This document shows positions 26,892-32,000 of a DNA stretch of 32,000 nucleotides, one piece after another. This DNA is from Candidatus Iainarchaeum sp. (GTDB lineage: Archaea; Iainarchaeota; Iainarchaeia; Iainarchaeales; 0-14-0-20-30-16). The stretch is from the NCBI GenBank assembly GCA_028710695.1, contig JAQTTP010000004.1, forward strand, positions 57,102 to 89,101, in the 5' to 3' direction. Position numbers and translations under genes: made by a program. Within the stretch, counting starts at the first letter, position 1. Each line of letters starts with the position of its first letter. The notes beneath the pieces were generated by a model. That model was not told the DNA's origin, did not search any database, and worked only from the letters and a program-made list of their open reading frames with translations.

Positions 26892-29315
26892 TTAAGAAGT
26901 AGCTAATTCACTCGGTGCTAGATTCTGTGCAATAGTCGAGGGGTTGCTTGGCCAATACTTTGCAGTATCGAATCCTTTTAATAAGCTGTTTCCTGAAAAT
27001 GGACTTATGGCTAAATTATTTCCTGCGTTTACAATTATGAAATTCTTTGGAAATGAATTTGTATTTTTTTTGTCAATAGAGTATTGTGTTCTGTTTGATA
27101 GTGTTCCAATAAGTACTTGTTCTACTCCTTCTACTTGTGAAAGATAATATACATGTGTGTGGCCTGCAAAGTAGGTTGCGCCAGCACTTTTTAATGCAGA
27201 AATTATTTTATCTCTATTATATTGAACATAAGACTTTGCATATGTAACATCTGATAGCGGATAATGTGCAAATACCAACACATTACTGTAACCCTTGTCT
27301 GTGGCATTATTTAACTCTGAAATCAGCCAATCAGCATCTAATTGACCTCCATTGCCTGAGCCAACAGCATACCAGATGATGAATCTGTTATTGTTGTATG
27401 TAAAAGCATAATACTTTGGAAATGTTCCTGTGAAATTAAGGTTTGAACTATTGCCTTTTTCTAACCCCGCAATTATGGAATCTTTTTTTGGACTCCAAAA
27501 ATTATTATATTGTTGATAATCGTGGTTTCCAACTACCGGCAAGAAAAGTAAATTTGTTTTGCTTAAGCTGTTGGATAGCACAGCAAAGTTGTCTTTTCCT
27601 TGCTGTATTGCGGCTTGTTCATCTGTTGAAACTCCGGATTCTCCTTTCACACTTTCTATTAAATCTCCAAGTCCGATTACAAAAGAGACATTATTGCTCT
27701 TTGCAAGAGACATTGCTTTTTCGAGATATTCTGTGTTTGTTTTGCTTGTAGTCGTTATATGCGTATCAGAAACTACTGCAAATGAGAAGCTTCCTGCAGA
27801 GCTGTTTGTTTTTTTGTTTTTATCTAATTCAGTTTTAAAAAAAGTATTTAACATTTTTTCTACTTGGCATAAAATGTTTCCAGAAACTGTACCCATTTCA
27901 CAAAGCGATACTTGCTTTACAGTAGTGGTGGTTGTTTTTGTTTTTGTAGTTGTAGTAGTTGTTGATGTAGTAGTTGTGCCTGTTTTTTTGAATATTAAAA
28001 TCGCGGTTGGAACTTCTCTTTGTGATTTTCCATCATCTTTGTAACCCCAATAATAAATATTTTTTTCTGGAGCTATTAAAGTTGAACTTCCTCCTCCATC
28101 TAAGTTAATTATTGATTTACATTTAGAATCAAAAGTTGTTGGATATGTTGCTCCTGCTTTGTTGAAAACAGCAAGCAGAAGTTTGTTGTCATTAGTAACA
28201 CAAGCATAAGTTGCAGAATGTGATCTATTGCTACAATAGTTATTTCCAAGATCACATTGCTTTGTTCCATTATACTTTAGTGCTGCACTTTGTAGTGCAT
28301 AATCTGGTTTGCTTGTAGGATATTTTTGTTTATATTCTGTGTAGTTAAGGATTTCAGGAATATTATTATTGATCACCAAAAAGTTATCTGGAAAATGTGG
28401 TGGATTCATTAAATGACAGTCCCATTCTTGATTTCCTAAATAAGAATATTTTTCTTGTTTGTTTTCAACTACAAGCCCAAGCGGGACATTAATCTCATCT
28501 GGTTTTGAGCAATCATATCCTGCAGACTTATCATTTACATTAAAGAAGGATGCATTTACTCCAATTACTGCCCCTGATTTTTCAACCATCTCTTGAACAG
28601 TTGAAGTTAAGCTTCCAGTGATGCTTTTTGCGGTAACTACTTTTATTGTATATTGACTTGGATCTATTTCTACTATGTGAGCTTCTTTGCCATTGTATGT
28701 TGCGTTTGATAAAGAGTATGTGCTAGAAACTGTTTGTGACCCGTTTGTCCATTTAGTGAATTCAACACTTTCGCTTATAGGTTTCAATGTTTTTAAGTCT
28801 TGCATAATCCTTTGATAATTTGCATTTTCTTGTGAAACTAAATTATTTTGTGTTAGCCATCTTGCAACGAATGCACCAGTCCTATGTTTTCCCCACCAAC
28901 AATGAACATAGACATCGTTCTTTGCAGAATCTAACCAGCTGAATGCTTTTGTAATTTCTGAATTGTATTTCTGGTTTTTTTCCATTATCACCGAACCAAG
29001 ATTTATGAATGCATAGTCAAAACCCTCATCTTTTAAAATTGTTAAATAACTCTTGCCTAAACTAGTGGTTGTTGAAGTACATTCTCCACCTAAAACAATT
29101 ATTTTATTTACTCCTTTGCTCTTTAGGGAGTCAAGAGTTTGTTTTAATACTGTGTAGTCGCAGACTTTGTATTCTGCACTTTTTCCTGGATGTCCCCCAG
29201 TATAAAAACTAGATTTTGTATTATTGTAATGTTGTAAGTTATAAGCATCTGCAAATGACAGAGGGACTATTATTACTGTGAAAAGCAGCAATAAAAAAAT
29301 TACCTTTTTATACAT
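26892..29315 (-). CDS. Predicted extracellular three-domain enzyme: Cys-phosphatase-like + phosphodiester glycosidase (NAGPA/DUF2233)-like + calcineurin-like metallophosphoesterase
   Basis: Signal peptide YKKVIFLLLLFTVIIVPLSFA; VYVHCWWGKHRTG (HCx5R[ST]); VIGVNASFF and IINLDGGGSSTL; Thr-rich linker; SDTHI, GLGDLIE, VVGNHD, FAHYP, YAGHTHVY. Confidence 0.85.
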   Translation of the reverse strand: MYKKVIFLLLLFTVIIVPLSFADAYNLQHYNNTKSSFYTGGHPGKSAEYKVCDYTVLKQTLDSLKSKGVNKIIVLGGECTSTTTSLGKSYLTILKDEGFDYAFINLGSVIMEKNQKYNSEITKAFSWLDSAKNDVYVHCWWGKHRTGAFVARWLTQNNLVSQENANYQRIMQDLKTLKPISESVEFTKWTNGSQTVSSTYSLSNATYNGKEAHIVEIDPSQYTIKVVTAKSITGSLTSTVQEMVEKSGAVIGVNASFFNVNDKSAGYDCSKPDEINVPLGLVVENKQEKYSYLGNQEWDCHLMNPPHFPDNFLVINNNIPEILNYTEYKQKYPTSKPDYALQSAALKYNGTKQCDLGNNYCSNRSHSATYACVTNDNKLLLAVFNKAGATYPTTFDSKCKSIINLDGGGSSTLIAPEKNIYYWGYKDDGKSQREVPTAILIFKKTGTTTTSTTTTTTKTKTTTTTVKQVSLCEMGTVSGNILCQVEKMLNTFFKTELDKNKKTNSSAGSFSFAVVSDTHITTTSKTNTEYLEKAMSLAKSNNVSFVIGLGDLIESVKGESGVSTDEQAAIQQGKDNFAVLSNSLSKTNLLFLPVVGNHDYQQYNNFWSPKKDSIIAGLEKGNSSNLNFTGTFPKYYAFTYNNNRFIIWYAVGSGNGGQLDADWLISELNNATDKGYSNVLVFAHYPLSDVTYAKSYVQYNRDKIISALKSAGATYFAGHTHVYYLSQVEGVEQVLIGTLSNRTQYSIDKKNTNSFPKNFIIVNAGNNLAISPFSGNSLLKGFDTAKYWPSNPSTIAQNLAPSELATS

Positions 29316-29390
29316 ATGCCTCTACCTACTATAAATATAGAGACGAGATTTATAAATATATAACTATCGAAATTTTTGAAGAGATGATCT

Positions 29391-29463
29391 TTGGTAAGGG
29401 TTATCGAGCGGCTAGCCGCGAAGATGGACCCAATTTTGCCAACCTAGGATTTTGTTAAAATCC
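29391..29463 (+). ncRNA. Candidate structured leader RNA / ncRNA (two hairpins) immediately 5' of tRNA-Arg
   Basis: Stem 1: TTGGTAA(29391-29397)/TTGCCAA(29436-29442), GGGTT(29398-29402)/GACCC(29427-29431), ATC/GAT, GCGG-CTAG-CCGC. Stem 2: GGATTTT(29447-29453)/AAAATCC(29457-29463). TATA-like TTTATAAATATATA at about 29349-29362. Confidence 0.4.
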
Positions 29464-29467
29464 CGGT

Positions 29468-29541
29468 GACCCGGTGGCCTAATTGGATAAGGCACCAGCC
29501 TCCTAAGCTGGCGATTGCGAGTTCGAGTCCCGCCTGGGTCG
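29468..29541 (+). tRNA. tRNA-Arg(CCT)
   Basis: 74-nt cloverleaf: acceptor GACCCGG/CTGGGTC, D stem GCCT/AGGC, anticodon arm CCAGC-CTCCTAA-GCTGG (anticodon CCT), T loop TTCGAGT; 3' CCA not encoded; no intron. Confidence 0.93.
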
Positions 29542-29548
29542 TTCTATC

Positions 29549-29577
29549 CTTTTTCTTTCTTGCCAAGAAAGAAAAAG
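29549..29577. repeat. Perfect 14-bp inverted repeat just downstream of tRNA-Arg
   Basis: CTTTTTCTTTCTTG (29549-29562) - C - CAAGAAAGAAAAAG (29564-29577). Confidence 0.85.
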
Positions 29578-29686
29578 CATAAGTTCACCAAAAAGAAAGA
29601 ACCGGAAGTTACGGTCTCCCAAAGAAAACTCTGGTGCCATGAATGGCACAGTTTGTTAAAAGGCTCTTCTGGGTCCCACCTGGATC

Positions 29687-30523
29687 TCATAATGAATAGT
29701 AATATTTTTTCATAAGCAGGGCATCTTTTTCAATGTTTGGGCTTTCGCAGACTATTGCCCCTTTTACTTTGTAATCTTTTAATGCTTCCATTAGTCCCTT
29801 GTAGTTAAAATCAGAATCTGCTAGGTTTAGATGGTTTCTCTCTCCCTTTGCAGAATAGTTTATTCCTGAAAGATGCATGTGTAAATTGCTTAGGGCTTCT
29901 TTGCCAAGACCTTTTTCTATTTTTTCTAAAATGCTGTCAAATTCAGGTTTAGTGTTGAACTTTCCGCCATATCTTGCATGTATGTGTGAGAAGTCTACAC
30001 AAGGCAAAACTTGATCTATTTCTTGGGATAAAGAAATGATCTCATCCAAGTTTCCGAATTGTGTTTCTTTTCCTGTGGTTTCTGGCCTAATCCAAATTTT
30101 TAATCCCATTTCTTTTACTTCTTTTACAATTGTTTTTAGGTTTTTTTTGATGTTCTTATAGGTTTCTTCTTTGTCCATTCCTTGATAGAACCCAGCGTGG
30201 AATGTTAAAGAGTAAGCTCCAGAAAGGTATGCTTGTTCCGCACTGTCAACTATCCGTCTTATGCTTGCATCTATTTTGTCTTGTTCAAAAGAATTAAGGT
30301 TAATGAAAAAAGGACCATGTGCAGTTAGTATAAGATCTTTTTTTGTTTCTTTAATTTGTTTTGCAAGTTCAAGATTTTTTCTAAGGCCATGAACATATTC
30401 TAATTCCATACCATCTAGTTTTAATTTTCTTAAATCTTCCAAAGCAGAAAGAGTTGTTGCGGAAATGTTTGGTCTGCCTGCTGTCAAAAAATTAAGTTTG
30501 TCCATTTTTTGCATATTATACAA
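29687..30523 (-). CDS. Endonuclease IV-like / xylose-isomerase-like TIM-barrel (AP endonuclease family 2)
   Basis: LILTAHGPFFINL, SLTFHAGFYQG, IWIRPETTGKETQFGNLDEII, VLPCVDFSHIHARYGG, LHMHLSGINYSAKGERNHLNL, IVCESPN. Confidence 0.8.
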   Translation of the reverse strand: MYNMQKMDKLNFLTAGRPNISATTLSALEDLRKLKLDGMELEYVHGLRKNLELAKQIKETKKDLILTAHGPFFINLNSFEQDKIDASIRRIVDSAEQAYLSGAYSLTFHAGFYQGMDKEETYKNIKKNLKTIVKEVKEMGLKIWIRPETTGKETQFGNLDEIISLSQEIDQVLPCVDFSHIHARYGGKFNTKPEFDSILEKIEKGLGKEALSNLHMHLSGINYSAKGERNHLNLADSDFNYKGLMEALKDYKVKGAIVCESPNIEKDALLMKKYYYSL

Positions 30524-30565
30524 AACGAAAATTAGTATTTAATATTATCTTTATACAATTCTTAC

Positions 30566-31687
30566 ATGTTCAGCTCAAAACAAGCATTAAGCGAAAAAAA
30601 GAAGGAACTCTACTCAAAAACAAAAGAAAGAATGGAATCAATAAAGTATAAAGTGGAGTCAGAATTTAATACATCTAATATGCTTTTTGTTAGTGATAGG
30701 CTAATAAATAATTCTTATTACAAAGGCCCAATAACAAAGCCTTTGGGAATAGAGCAAGTTAAGAATTTAGATTATGACGGAATAATGGATTCACTGATTT
30801 CTAGTTGCTTGTCTTTTGATACCTCTCTGATAAATGAAAGAAAAAAAGAGGAATTGAGGTACCTATCTTTATCACAAGATCCAATGAAATTAGATTATTC
30901 TTTAGAAAACAAAAAATTTGTTTTTGAACATAATGCGGAAATGAAACCAATTGGAATTTCAGGAACAATAAGAGATATTGCAATTGAGGATAATGTAAAA
31001 ATTCCTGGCCCAGTTGATAAGCTAATAAATGATGAAGTTAGAGCAAATTATGCTTTAAACCAGCTTAGCAAAAAAGGGTTTGAGGTGGAATATTTATCAA
31101 ATGTGCTATCTTCTGGATTCCTGGGGATTGATAAAAAACTTGTCCCTACTCGTTGGGGAATTACTGCAACAGATGATACTATTGGAAAAGAACATATAAA
31201 AGAAATTCGTGAGTTTCCAGAATTAAGCGAAATCCAGATGTTTACTAACGAATTTCTACATAATGTATTTTTCATAATCCTTCTTCCCGGAAAGTGGGAG
31301 TATGAACAGTTTGAGCTTTGGGAATCTGAATCTGGCTTTAACTTTAACCAAGAATATGAACCTTTTTTTGGCAGAACTAATTATGCAAAAGACCAAGGCG
31401 GCGGATATTATGCTGCAAGAATTGCAGTAACAGAATATCTGAAAAGTATAAAAAAGCAAGCAAGGGTTTTAGTTATAAGGTACATAAAGAAAGAGTATTT
31501 CTTTCCGGTTGGTGTCTGGCAAGTAAGGGAAAATGTCAGAAACTCTTTTAAAAATAGTTTGAAGGTAGATAATATTAGTGAAGCAAAGCAGGAAATAGCT
31601 AAGAGTTTGCAAGTTGATATTTCAAATGTTTACAAGTGTTCACATCTATTGATACAAAGAAGAATTTGTGATTTCTATGGTTCTTGA
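30566..31687 (+). CDS. nreA: Archaeal Nre family DNA repair protein (NreA-like)
   Basis: LVPTRWGITATDDTIGKEHIKEIREF, FIILLPGKWEYEQFELWE, FFGRTNYAKDQGGGYYAARIAVTEYL, VLVIRYIKKEYFFPVGVWQVRENVR. Confidence 0.88.
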   Translation: MFSSKQALSEKKKELYSKTKERMESIKYKVESEFNTSNMLFVSDRLINNSYYKGPITKPLGIEQVKNLDYDGIMDSLISSCLSFDTSLINERKKEELRYLSLSQDPMKLDYSLENKKFVFEHNAEMKPIGISGTIRDIAIEDNVKIPGPVDKLINDEVRANYALNQLSKKGFEVEYLSNVLSSGFLGIDKKLVPTRWGITATDDTIGKEHIKEIREFPELSEIQMFTNEFLHNVFFIILLPGKWEYEQFELWESESGFNFNQEYEPFFGRTNYAKDQGGGYYAARIAVTEYLKSIKKQARVLVIRYIKKEYFFPVGVWQVRENVRNSFKNSLKVDNISEAKQEIAKSLQVDISNVYKCSHLLIQRRICDFYGS

Positions 31688-32000
31688 AAATTGTCTATGT
31701 GGAAAGAAAGGAGTTTACAAAGTAGAACATGGCTTCCTTTGTAAAATCTGCTATTTGCGACAGATAGAAAATAAATTATTTAGGTTTGTAACCAAGAATC
31801 AACTTATTTCCCCAAACAAGAAATATCTTTTTATTTGTGACTCAAGTGCAGATAAAGTTAAATTAAATCTTTTAGAAAAATTATTTACAAAATTTGGGCT
31901 TGAGAATTTTAAAACCCAGTCCTCCAAATTTACTTGTGATTATAAAAAAGATTTGGAACAATTAGCAAAAAAGTCTAAAGGCCATACAATTATTCTGCCT
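31677..32000 (+). CDS. Partial ORF(s), zinc-finger N-terminus resembling TtuA/Ncs6-type tRNA thiolation proteins; apparent +1 frameshift at about 31738-31741; runs off the window
   Basis: Frame from ATG 31677 gives MVLENCLCGKKGVYKVEHGFL(L*); skipping one T of the TTTT run continues as CKICYLRQIENKLFRFVTKNQLISPNKKYLFICDSSADKVKLNLLEKLF... Confidence 0.35.
   Translation, partial: MVLENCLCGKKGVYKVEHGFLCKICYLRQIENKLFRFVTKNQLISPNKKYLFICDSSADKVKLNLLEKLFTKFGLENFKTQSSKFTCDYKKDLEQLAKKSKGHTIILP

Noticed and set aside
27559-28044. Plus-strand 161-aa ORF with VVVVVFVFVVVVVVDVVVVPV
   Set aside because: Antisense reading of the Thr-rich linker and metallophosphoesterase domain of the 26892-29315 gene.
29391-29463. 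Upstream hairpins as a canonical K-turn C/D or H/ACA sRNA
   Set aside because: The G/A internal loop lacks the three-nucleotide bulge of a K-turn, and no CTGA D box or correctly placed ACA box was found, so the element is left as unclassified.
29515-29715. Plus-strand ORF MRVRVPPGSFYPFSFLPRKKK...
   Set aside because: Begins within the tRNA-Arg T arm; such ORFs are common artefacts of tRNA 3' ends.
1-32000. Search for CRISPR arrays, toxin-antitoxin pairs, transposase or phage genes
   Set aside because: No regularly spaced direct repeats, transposase/integrase motifs or paired small toxin-antitoxin ORFs were recognised by eye; the only defence-associated fold is the solitary methyltransferase.

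Overview
The window is a 32 kb chromosomal segment from an AT-rich archaeal genome. Archaeal markers are ribosomal proteins S8e and L21e, RNA polymerase subunit F/Rpb4, diphthine synthase, archaeal NOG1-like GTPase, NreA, DUF63, a solitary 5S rRNA and a tRNA-Arg(CCT). The many uncharacterised secreted proteins fit a DPANN-like lineage, but that is inference. Housekeeping content: the C-terminal part of adenosylcobalamin-dependent (class II) ribonucleotide reductase beside a cobalamin adenosyltransferase, a beta-CASP metallo-beta-lactamase nuclease, Hsp20, Nudix hydrolase, a Trm5/Tyw2-like methyltransferase, an N4/N6-type DNA methyltransferase, an endonuclease IV-like TIM barrel and NreA. The most interesting content is the cell-surface and extracellular repertoire: (i) an 807-aa predicted ectoenzyme combining a cysteine-phosphatase-like domain, a phosphodiester-glycosidase-like domain and a calcineurin-like phosphoesterase; (ii) a membrane-anchored N-acetylmuramoyl-L-alanine-amidase-like protein; (iii) a 1706-aa repeat-rich secreted protein next to a membrane-anchored partner; (iv) a beta-helix-like anchored protein with an acidic tail; (v) an M50/S2P-like membrane protein with a degenerate HExxH motif (HDIIQ), behind an Hsp20 gene and a small membrane protein. 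Non-coding structure of note flanks the tRNA-Arg gene: two strong hairpins upstream and a long inverted repeat plus further hairpins downstream. I found no CRISPR array, transposon, or recognisable defence system beyond the solitary methyltransferase.
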